Shown here: positions 1 through 10,200 of the stretch, piece by piece
Layout: every line of letters starts with the position of its first letter
Position numbering within the stretch: position 1 is the stretch's first letter
Assembly (NCBI GenBank): GCA_040182905.1
Contig: JARQWU010000056.1
Span: forward strand, 1-46,347
Reading direction: 5' to 3'
Origin: Barthelona sp. PAP020
Taxonomy: Eukaryota
DNA: 46,347 nt
Translations under genes and position numbers: made by a program
Notes under the pieces: generated by a model
The model's database searches: none
Seen by the model: only the letters and a program-made list of their open reading frames with translations
Told to the model about the DNA's origin: nothing

Positions 1-487
1 GAGTTAGCTTAAGGTTTGGGGAAAACTCACGTGGATTCAGATGCCCAAGTAACTTAAAAATTGGACCTAAGGGTGGTCAAGAAACAACAAATAAAGGGAG
101 TGATATTTGATGACCTCTTTATATCTCCAATAAATTCCGTTCATTGAGCATGAACTTCCACATTATTCATACGTAGTATACACAAAATATATTAAAATTA
201 TTCTTTTGCGACAATTTGAATGGAATCATGGTAAAAATAATTTATTGTTTTTTTTAATTATTTAATTATTTAATTTATTTTTGTTCAAGCTTGAACATTT
301 TCAACTTTCTCCTTTATACTTTATTCGTTTGTTTTTGAACAGTGGAACAATTTTCCATATTTTTTGAACGGCCAAAAATTTTAACAAACATTACTAAAAA
401 CAAAAAGTTTGAAAAAGAATAAATATTTTACAAATATATTTATGGTAACTAAGGAAATTATTGATTTCACAAAAAAAAAATAATAAT

Positions 488-1706
488 TTAATTAACTTTT
501 CGACTATCTTTGGAATATGTTTGACTATGCATTCTGCGAATCATTTGTCTTGTATTTTCAATGGCGTTGCTAGTTTGAAAGTTATTCACTTCATTTCTAC
601 TTGAATTTATCTTTGGTTCTTCAGTTTTTGCTTCTTTTACATCATCAATATCCTTTGAATGCTTATTTTTTTCCAATTCCGCTAAGAACTGCTCTACTCG
701 TGTGGAATGTTTCTTTTTTTGTGATTGGGAGCTTTGTTCAATGCTCATATTTGGACCAGGTGAATTATGACCACGAGTTCCATCAGTCCTTAGATAAGAC
801 CAATCAAAAAGATAATCAAAATGATATCCTTCCCTGTTAAACAAATCACGGAATAATTTTCTCAGGTAGGAATAATCAGGCCTATCATCAAAACGCAACG
901 TTCGTACATAATTTAGATAAATAATAAACTCAACAGGATAACCACGACACAACACTTCAACTCTGGTGTGGGTTTTTCGATCTGCAATCTTGTCATATTT
1001 TTCTTTCTTTGTGTTAGCCCGAATATTTTGCCAAGGAAGGGCTCCTCTTAAGAAATAAATAAGTACATATCCCAAACATTCTAAATCGTCTCTTCTGGAT
1101 TGTTCAATACCATTATGAGTATTCAAACTAGCGTATCTAGCTGTACCTGTCAAACTTTTATTATCTCTAAATGGAATATGCATTCCACGATGATCCCTAT
1201 ATCTTTTAGCAAGTCCAAAATCAATAAGATATACAAGATTTGAACGAGACGCAGTTCCCATCAAAAAATTATCAGGTTTAATATCACGATGCAGAAAATT
1301 CCTGGCATGAACATACTGAACACGTGAAATCATTTGATCGGCCAACATTAAAACAGTTTTTAAAGAAAATCTACGATGACATACATTGAACAAATCTTCA
1401 AGAGAAGGTCCCAACAATTCAATAACAAGAACATTATAATCTGATTCAATACCATACCAACGTATATGGGGAATTCCAATTCCACCAGCCAATAATCTGT
1501 ATAATTTTGATTCATATATCAATTGTGGATGTGCTGTTCGAATTGGTTCAAATTTTATAGCAACTTCTTCTGCAGTTACCATATTAAAACCCAGATGAAT
1601 ATCACCAAAAGCTCCTTGACCGATTCGCTTGCCAACACGATATTTATCGCCAACTCTAATTGTTAGTTAATTATAATAATAAAAATAAATACACAGTAGG
1701 CACCAT
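488..1706 (-). CDS. CK1: Casein kinase I family Ser/Thr kinase, 2 exons (1706-1693, 1655-488), 393 aa
   Basis: Motifs [45 protein letters not shown] and EQSRRDDLE are present. The Gly-rich loop ([22 protein letters not shown]) lies upstream of the ORF-track start but is preceded by an in-frame TAA. Removing a 37-nt GT-AG intron joins it to the ATG at 1706 (MVPTV-VGDKY). Confidence 0.95.
1656..1692 (-). other. Spliceosomal intron, 37 nt, in CK1
   Basis: Sequence GTATTTATTTTTATTATTATAATTA-ACTAAC-AATTAG. Removal restores the frame and removes an in-frame stop. Confidence 0.85.
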
Positions 1707-2080
1707 AATTTCGAAAAAAGGAAAAGAATTGAAAGAAAAACAAAAAAAATGTGGATTTATGGGTGATGTGAATTACATCCATCCATTCATCTCATTTCAA
1801 AAAGGAGTCAATATTGTATTTTGTCAATTATTTATGCATTAACAGTATTATAAATGAATAATTAAACCATAAAAACAAAAAAATGAATTGAAATGTAAAT
1901 TTTTTACCCTTAACACAAATCATTGTCCATAAAGCATATGAAATAAATGAATGTTTTTAACAAATAGTTTCATGTATAAAAATGAATTCAAATAATTACA
2001 AAGAAAATAAGAACATATTTCTTTTATTGTAATAAGAAGAAAAAAGAAATTTTTCCTATAAATTTATAAATTTTAAATAA

Positions 2081-4972
2081 TCAAATTGAACTCAACAAGG
2101 GAAAAGAAAGAGAAAAACTTTCATCATTTACAATTTTAACAACACTGTCGTAATTGATGTTAAAACCATAAAGTCTGCCAAAATTGTAAATTTCGTCGAT
2201 TAAATCATCAATAATTTCATCTTTTTGAAATTTTAAATATAATTGATACAAGTTCCAAGTGCTTAAGCTATCTTCAATTGAACAATGAACTTCTTTTTGA
2301 ATATTCTTTTTGAATAATACAAGACTCAAGAATTTTAATGATAAATATCTTTGTTTTTCTTTGTAAAACAATAGTTGGGTATCAATAATCTGTTTATTTG
2401 CCAAATCGTTCGGAAAAATGATGTTAAGCTGCCAAAAATCGTTGTGGATACTGTGACCAATAAATTTCACTTGATTCTGTAATAACCACAAAACTTTAAG
2501 TTGAATTTTGCTTAATTGAAGTAAATTTCGGGTTGAATCTTTGACATCAAGATCTTTTGCCTTAATTCCAGAAAATTGAGTTAGCAATTCCTGAATCTTA
2601 ACTGAAATAATCACATAATCATCAACAAATGTACACCCAACATTATCATTAGACTTGTTATTTGTTCCACATACAATTGAAATCCGAGCTGGAGTAAATT
2701 CATATGGTCTACCTTGAATAGACCTACCATAATTATCAACACAATATCTAGGCAATTTAGATGCAACAAATTCGCAATCCATTATGACATATTCATTCGA
2801 TGAATTGGGTATTTCAAATGAATCAAATTCTTTAAAGGTAGAATGTGGAGAAGTTGAATTAGATGGAATAAACACTTCAATGGGTAATTTTAAAGGTGCA
2901 TATTCCGATGGAATTTGATGCTTAATGTCACAATATATACACCCAAGAATACATAGTTTATTTTGTTTGATAAATTCATTCAAATCCTCATCGTTCTCAA
3001 CAGAATACTCTTTATTCATGAGTTTATGATATCCGTTCATGTAGAAATGATATTCAATTAATCCTGTGTTAAAACAATGTTTTTGGATCATTATTGAAGG
3101 TGAAAACTCAAAATCACTGCATAAGAACAGAGAAAATGGTGAATAATTAACAATTTCTGAATCTTCAATCAAATTTAAGTATTTCTTACCAGAATCCATC
3201 CAAATGTTACCATTCCAACTTATGTTAGGAGGAAATCTTTCAAATTTCCCATACATACAAAAAGTTGATGGAAAACGTTCTAAATAGGAACTGTTTTTAC
3301 TATTTGCTAAAATATTTAACAATTTAGTCACACTGTCAATTTTTTCGTATGGAAAAATTGCTGGAAGTAAAGAGTATCCATTTGATTCATCATTTACAAG
3401 TGTATTTGAATATTTCAAACAAAAAGTAAAAGTTCTATACCAAGAAGGAGCTTTTGGTGCTATATAAGTCAATATATTCTTCATTAAACCAGTGAAATTA
3501 ATGTTTGTGCTAAAAAGAACTTTCAAAATGTTACTTAGCTCTTTTATACATAACACACAAGAATTATCCAACGTATTCATAGAAATCATTTGAAATAACA
3601 CAAATAAAGAACATAATAAACAAGAATTTTCACTACAATGATAAATATCATGTTTAAAAATGATTTGCCGCATTCCGGGCCAATACCACAGGATAATTAG
3701 AATAAATGTAGCAAAATTATCATCTTTTTCGGTAATGACAAAAGTCATACCATCACATAATTGTAAAGTTGCATCAATCCTTTCCTTCAAAGTGGTTCCT
3801 CTATCAAAAAAAGGTTTAATCGCTAGATCACAGGTCTTTGGCGATCTCTTCGTTGGTTTCAATCCATTCATTCCATCAAAAAAATACAAACGCTGAAAAA
3901 TATTCAATTCCGATATAGAATTCATCTCTTGTAAACAATGCAAAGTGGCAACTGGTCTGTCTATTACATTTGTAGATTCTGGAAATATACCGCCTCGAAT
4001 TTCAACACTCTTAGCCAAATCAGAATCTCCTAATCGTGGTGTAACCAAATAATCTCTGAATGCATAAGAAACTCCCAGAGAAGAAGACATTGCACAACTA
4101 GTAAGAGAATAATGTCCAAATGGTGAAGGACTTATTTCTTCAGTCTCTAAACATTGAGCGGCTTGCAAAGGATTCACGTTTGTGGTTAAAGCACCTTGAT
4201 TATCTACCAACAAAATATTTTCATCAAAACCATAAATATACTGGTATGTTTTGTTTACCCTTGTCTTCTTGGGATTAAAAGGATTCCTTAGATCAAATAA
4301 ACAAAGACTGTATCGGTCATTGAAAGAAATTTGAGAAACATTGTTGGTTCCGCTTAAACAGTAGTAATGATCATTCACCATATTTGCAGAACAACAAGAG
4401 CTTAATATTCTTGACTGGTAAAATCGTTTACCATCCCTAACATCAAAAAAGTTAACTTCTCCATCATTAGATACACAAGATAAAATGTTATTATACTGCC
4501 ATTGAGCCTTTAAAAGATTCTTAACTTCAAATTCGCCCATTATCGATTCGTTCGCAACATCATACATGTAACAAACATTCTTCAAGGTAGAACTTAGAGT
4601 AAAGATATGATTTTCAACACTCTTTTCGATCCCATTCAATTTAGATACCTCAAATTTGGAATTTACAAAATTTGTCTTCAATAGGCCAAATGAAGAATAA
4701 ACTTTGAAATCATTGTCTGTTAGCATGTATATGTTATCTGTATCATTGTCATCATTATGACAAATAGTGAAAGTACTGACAGAATTAGATTTATTAAGTT
4801 GAATATTAAGAGGAATCGTTAAATCTGATAAACTTATTGCAAATAATTTTCCTTCATTTGTGGAAGCCCACAAAGTTGTAGAAAAAATTTCTCCATATTC
4901 TAAATGACAAATATTTCCATATTTAAATTTGGTTACATCATTATATATTGTTTCAAATTGGAAAGATGTCAT
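2081..4972 (-). CDS. PAN2: PAN2 poly(A)-specific deadenylase, catalytic subunit (WD40 + inactive UCH + DEDD exonuclease)
   Basis: The N-terminus is WD40-like (VNFFDVR, LCLFDLR). A UCH-like segment follows (ILWYWPGMRQIIFKH...CSENSCLLCSLFVLFQM). The C-terminal DEDDh motifs are intact: IMDCEFV, PARISIV, FVDDYV, LTQFSGI, FIGHSIHNDF, RYLSLKFL, HCSIEDS. Confidence 0.92.
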   Translation of the reverse strand: MTSFQFETIYNDVTKFKYGNICHLEYGEIFSTTLWASTNEGKLFAISLSDLTIPLNIQLNKSNSVSTFTICHNDDNDTDNIYMLTDNDFKVYSSFGLLKTNFVNSKFEVSKLNGIEKSVENHIFTLSSTLKNVCYMYDVANESIMGEFEVKNLLKAQWQYNNILSCVSNDGEVNFFDVRDGKRFYQSRILSSCCSANMVNDHYYCLSGTNNVSQISFNDRYSLCLFDLRNPFNPKKTRVNKTYQYIYGFDENILLVDNQGALTTNVNPLQAAQCLETEEISPSPFGHYSLTSCAMSSSLGVSYAFRDYLVTPRLGDSDLAKSVEIRGGIFPESTNVIDRPVATLHCLQEMNSISELNIFQRLYFFDGMNGLKPTKRSPKTCDLAIKPFFDRGTTLKERIDATLQLCDGMTFVITEKDDNFATFILIILWYWPGMRQIIFKHDIYHCSENSCLLCSLFVLFQMISMNTLDNSCVLCIKELSNILKVLFSTNINFTGLMKNILTYIAPKAPSWYRTFTFCLKYSNTLVNDESNGYSLLPAIFPYEKIDSVTKLLNILANSKNSSYLERFPSTFCMYGKFERFPPNISWNGNIWMDSGKKYLNLIEDSEIVNYSPFSLFLCSDFEFSPSIMIQKHCFNTGLIEYHFYMNGYHKLMNKEYSVENDEDLNEFIKQNKLCILGCIYCDIKHQIPSEYAPLKLPIEVFIPSNSTSPHSTFKEFDSFEIPNSSNEYVIMDCEFVASKLPRYCVDNYGRSIQGRPYEFTPARISIVCGTNNKSNDNVGCTFVDDYVIISVKIQELLTQFSGIKAKDLDVKDSTRNLLQLSKIQLKVLWLLQNQVKFIGHSIHNDFWQLNIIFPNDLANKQIIDTQLLFYKEKQRYLSLKFLSLVLFKKNIQKEVHCSIEDSLSTWNLYQLYLKFQKDEIIDDLIDEIYNFGRLYGFNINYDSVVKIVNDESFSLSFPLLSSI

Positions 4973-5225
4973 CTAATTTTTTAATTTAATAGGTATTATC
5001 AATTATTTTTCTTTTTTTTTTGTATCAATCTTCTTTTAAAACATTTTTCTGTACGTATAAACAATAATAAAGTTATATAATTAATTCATTTAGAAAGAAA
5101 TAGTAAATGAAAAAATTAATAGACAAAGAAAATGAAAAGGTAATGTTTTTTTGTTTAACAAAGTTTTGGTTTTTTTTTGATTTTAAGAATCATGTAGGTT
5201 GTTTTAATTAAAACTTATTATATTG
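4973..5225. promoter_or_regulatory. Putative bidirectional promoter between PAN2 and PAN3
   Basis: A 253-bp, extremely AT-rich spacer lies between two divergent ATGs (4972 minus, 5226 plus). The call rests on position only. Confidence 0.5.
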
Positions 5226-6854
5226 ATGAACTTTAAAGAGATTAATTTTGACAAAATTAAATTTGAAGAGCCTTCTTTTGAACAATCCACCAAACTTGAA
5301 TTTAATTTTAAGCCTGATACTTTTTTTGAAATTAGTAATGAACATTTATCGTATTCTGATAATGAAATTGTTTTGGGTAGCATTAAAAATACAGAAAAAA
5401 AGGAAAATTCCCAAGTTGAAAATCAAAAAAACAGTAAGAATAAATTTCTATTGGATGATGAGAATTTTAACTTCAATGTTGATGTGATTGATGACACATC
5501 TGACAGACCAAAAAGTCGATTTACTGATATTGGAGCATTTGATGATTTTGAACCGTTAAAGATTGATTTTGAAGCGCAATATTATTTACCAAAGTCAGAT
5601 TGTAATTTATTTAAAATTGATAACACGTTATCAAAGAATATCCAGTCTTCTTTACAAAAATTATTTACAATGCACAATGTTACCTCGAATATTTTTTTAA
5701 AAAAGGTTTACACTTCGTTAAAACATCGTTATTTTTCGTTTTTTGATTTGAATACCAATTTTTTTACATCCAAACAAAAAAAGAATGAATTCAAGCGAAA
5801 CTTTGAATTAGCAGGAAATAACATTTACAGGGTGATTGATTTGGAAGGAAATTTTAAAACTTTGCGAATTTTTCCAGAAATCGATGTTATGAACAATCTA
5901 AATTTAAAACCTAGTGTTATGAAGTATTGTATTCCTGGAATAAGTCAAATTGAGTGTGTAAAGGTTGAAAAATTGTTAAACGATGAGTTTAATTCCATCT
6001 TAGTTGTTGAAAGATTCCATAAGCATAGTTTTTCCCTTGCTAAGTTTTTTAATAAGCATAATATTAATGTTAGCAATTTTTTTCGAATGCTAAGTCAAGT
6101 TTTAAGTCTATTATATCAAGTTCACAAGAAAGGAGAAGCTTTTTTATCTTTAGATGTTCATAGAATACTGTTATCGTATTTTAATGGTCAAATTATGTTA
6201 AATGGGTTTGGTTTGGGACATGTTTTTAGATTTAGAGAGGATTTGAGTTTAAAGGAACAACAACGTGAAGATTTAAGAGATTTAGGATGTATCATTGAAG
6301 ATTTATCCCAAAAATATTTCAGTAATGACCCCGAATATGTTAAACTTGAAGATTTAATCGACTATTTTATCAATACAGTCGATTTAACCGTTGAAATGGC
6401 TTTAACTAAGTTTGTTCTGGAATTATCTGATAGTTTTACTCATCATTTAGCTTCGACAGATATCTTGTTTGATTCTATTCATACTCTATTTGATTGTGAT
6501 CGTATTTCAAGAATCTTTTTTAAATTGCATTCAATAATTGCTCATGAACCCATAATAAATGAGAATAAGAACGAAGTCATTCAATATTCAACAGAAGGTC
6601 GTACAAATCCCATTGAAACCTTTAACTTGATACATTTATTTTGGAAACAAATATTTGGTAACAATTTTTCAGGCAGACCAGTCATGGATCCTCAATTGGT
6701 TTGGGAAATTTTCAACTTGTTAGAAACGAAATGTGACTCTTCCATTACTCTTATAGATGCTCAAGGCTCAAAAATTGTTGTTACTTATAAAAATTTAGCC
6801 TATGCAATTCAATCATATTGGGAATGTTTATGTGATCCATTCAATAAGTCTTAG
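5226..6854 (+). CDS. PAN3: PAN3-like pseudokinase (regulatory subunit of the PAN2-PAN3 deadenylase)
   Basis: A degenerate kinase fold (LLYQVHKKGEAFLSLDVHRILL...IMLNGFG...QQREDLRDLGCII) is followed by a match to the PAN3 coiled-coil/C-terminal knob: RISRIFFKLHSI, YSTEG, LIHLFWKQIF, GRPVMD, FNLLETK..SITLIDAQGSKIVVTYKNL. Compare the animal PAN3 pattern RLFRLLAKLGTI, WSETG, LLKLFRDHLF, GAPWID, LNKLDAG, ISLISRDEKSVLVVTYSDL. The ATG is at 5226; the track starts at a TTG. Confidence 0.8.
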   Translation: MNFKEINFDKIKFEEPSFEQSTKLEFNFKPDTFFEISNEHLSYSDNEIVLGSIKNTEKKENSQVENQKNSKNKFLLDDENFNFNVDVIDDTSDRPKSRFTDIGAFDDFEPLKIDFEAQYYLPKSDCNLFKIDNTLSKNIQSSLQKLFTMHNVTSNIFLKKVYTSLKHRYFSFFDLNTNFFTSKQKKNEFKRNFELAGNNIYRVIDLEGNFKTLRIFPEIDVMNNLNLKPSVMKYCIPGISQIECVKVEKLLNDEFNSILVVERFHKHSFSLAKFFNKHNINVSNFFRMLSQVLSLLYQVHKKGEAFLSLDVHRILLSYFNGQIMLNGFGLGHVFRFREDLSLKEQQREDLRDLGCIIEDLSQKYFSNDPEYVKLEDLIDYFINTVDLTVEMALTKFVLELSDSFTHHLASTDILFDSIHTLFDCDRISRIFFKLHSIIAHEPIINENKNEVIQYSTEGRTNPIETFNLIHLFWKQIFGNNFSGRPVMDPQLVWEIFNLLETKCDSSITLIDAQGSKIVVTYKNLAYAIQSYWECLCDPFNKS

Positions 6855-7231
6855 AATGTTTAAAATATTCTAATCAATTGATTGTTGGTTGTTTATTATG
6901 TGTAACATGTAATTGAATAAAAGAATGAAATTTTTTTTGTTTTTGTTCCTTTTTTTTTGATAAAAAGTTTTATTTTTGTCTAAAAAATAAATTTCTGCCA
7001 CTTTTTTTTATTATTTTTTCTTTTATTGAAAGAATAGTAAAGGAAATATTGATTATCATTCATTTTTATTTTTATTTCATTCAATAGTCTTCATTTACGA
7101 TTGAAATGGTTTAATAACTTAATTTTAAGAACATAAAATTAACATTAACTGTGTTTGAATAAAGTTTTTAAGAAAAAGAAATGTAGTTTTTTTTTTCTTT
7201 TCATATTGCAGCAATACACATTTATAATACG

Positions 7232-10200
7232 ATGGATGATACTACATATAGAATATATTCAAAAATGCGAAATTTATTTTTGCCAAAGATATCATATTAT
7301 GAATTACCATGTTTAAATAATCAATATGATGAATGCAAAGGACATATATTTGATTATATACAACAAAATAACATTCATTGTGATATTAATCGAAAGATTT
7401 TATTGTCAGCTGATGAAAGTTTTGTATGTAATGAGTTAATTTTTAAATTTGTTCATGAAAGTGAAATTAATCTCATTTTAACACCTGAGGAAATTAAAGA
7501 AACTATTTTTTCTGATATTGCACATTTTTCCGATTTTCCTCCTTTTAGTTTTCACACAAAAACAGAGAGTAAATTATTTTTAAGTTCTATTGAGGATGCT
7601 ACTCCATGGTATTCCACATTATTAGATACTTTATATTATCGTGTTAACATTGTTGGAGCTGAATATTTAACGTATCCTTTAGGCCGATTTTACATTACAA
7701 AAGCTGATTCTAAGCTTGGAAATCTGTTGGAAGATTCAAAATTTAAGATGAACCATGAACAAACGTTTCCATATTTGTCATATTTTATCTTTGCTTTGTA
7801 TGATCCATTAACAACTTCACCTAATGATTTGAATATCATTTTGGACAATTTTTCCAGCATTCGTGATTGTATTTGCTTTGTTCCTATCAATGGTGGTCTC
7901 AATGAAGTTCGCAGTGGAATGGAAAATTTTGTCAACAATAAATTTTTGGTTGATATTGAACGTGTTTTGCAAAAATATCATAACTTGATTGATAATGAGA
8001 GTTCTTGGGGAGGTAAATTTAGATTATGGCGTAGTCGTAATCAAACACTTGAAACACAGGATATTAATATCAAAAGTCTAGTACCCTATGGTAATAATAC
8101 TATAGAACAAACGATTCGTATGACTGCTGATATTTGTATTCAAATTGGAGGATTGCAAATTGCTTCACAATTGTATAAAGAATTAGGGAAACGTTGTAAA
8201 GCAGATCGTAAATGGTTTTTCCATGCTCAAAACAGAGAAATGTATGCTCTAGCAAAGTTCTTGTTATATTTAGAAAATCCACAAGATTTTGATTTCACTA
8301 AGTTGGATACTTCGTTTAATGAAACTTTATCTCATTATGCTGAATATTTCACTGTCCAAAATATTATTCCATCAGCTGAATTTTATTTGCTAAGGACGTC
8401 TATTATCACTCTTTTATTGTATAATTACACTTCATTGATTCAAAAACGTGGCTTAGATCAATTAGCAATGAATTTAGTCATTACCACTTTGAAATATTTG
8501 AAAAATCCTACATATGCTGCTTTATTCTATGAACAACTAGCATTATTAGAAACATCTAGAGGTCACATCAGAAAGTATTCTTTTCTTTTATACGTTGCTG
8601 CCAGAAAGTATTTCGCTGCTAAACAACATCAACATGCTTTGAGATGTCTATTATCAACAGCTAAATGTTATTGCTTGTTTGATGAAATCGATGATGATAA
8701 TTTATATTTAGCAGCAGAAAAATTGACATATTTGCTTGACAGTGAAGGGGAGAATTGGAAAAATTGGGATGCTACTGAATTTATGACTAAACAACTGGTT
8801 CCACATGCTTGGGGAGACATCAAATTCAAAATCATTGACTTTTTCAGACTTATTTACAATGTTACCAACAATAAAGCTTTGTTAGCTCCTTGTTTAGCTT
8901 CTATATTGAAATTAAAAACTCAACAATCTCAAAAAGAAGCATCAAAGTTTTTTCAAGAGTTATGTGAACTCAGTAAAGAGTTAGGAGATTTAGTTTTCAA
9001 AGATTTTGACTTTTTAATATTTGGCCCCATAAAGATCTTATCTGCCACAGACACAACTGTTGAAAGTGTCAATAGACGTACACGTACATCATCATTTAGT
9101 CAATTAACTCAGTTAGAGTTGTTAACTACAAATAAATTTAATGAATGGACTGATATTGATAACATTATTGAAGAAATCATTACTAAACGTCGTCAAGAGA
9201 GAATAGCCAAACAAGGCTTACCTTCCTTGGAAGAACGTATGAGATTAAGAGACTACGGAAGGATTTCAGCACAGGCTAGGATGTTGTCCTTTTTATTTTC
9301 ATCTATTTCTGCACAAGACGAAACTTTTTACGTTAATATTCAATTGCAAAACACTTTGTTCACGAATGTCCTTGTGAGTGACTTTGTGTTGCGTTATCAA
9401 AAGCTTGAGATAAGCGAATTTGACAAAACAGCTGAACGTTCACTGATTGATGAAGAAAATGAAATTGAAATTGAAGCCATTCCCCTTGAATTCAGATTAG
9501 CTCCATCACAAAAAACTCAAGTCAGAGTAAGCTGTTGTTGTCGTGAAAGTACACATCTTGAGATCATTGGCTGTGAATTCAATTTGTCAACTCTTGATGG
9601 AATCAAACATGGGATTATTCATTGTGAACATGAATTTGAATCAAGAATAGATCTAGATTCTCGTAGATTACCAGAATATCGTCAAATTTATAAAAAAGAA
9701 AGACCTAATATAGCCACAGCATTAAATATTGGACCAATGAACCAACAAAATAATTGTGCACCTTTGAAGTTGAAATCTTCACAACCCCCACTTGTAGTTG
9801 CTGTTGCTAGGCAGATGCCTTTGTTGAAAGCAGAATGTACTTTGGAGCGAACAGAATTTTTCCAAAGCGAGTTAATTCCTTTCAATATTTTGTTAACAAA
9901 TGAGGGCACTCAACCATTATGCAATTTGGTTGCTGTTGCAAGTAATCCCCATTCTGTTTTATTCCCCAGTGATTTCCCCAATAACAATTTGCAAAAAACT
10001 GAATTTAGCAATTGTGGTTTGCTTGAATCATTCATTAGTCCCCGAATTATTGATGAAAGTAAAGATCGATACTTAATTGAGGTGTTGGAAGCAGGTGAAA
10101 CAACCACAATCACTCTATATTTGAATTGTCACACTGTGGGCTCGTGTGATCTCAAAATTGCTTTGTGTTATTCTGATGAAAAACAAGAACCTCCATTTGA

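Noticed and set aside
1660..1842. 60-aa plus-strand ORF
   Set aside because: It starts at TTG and is antisense to the CK1 intron, first exon and promoter.
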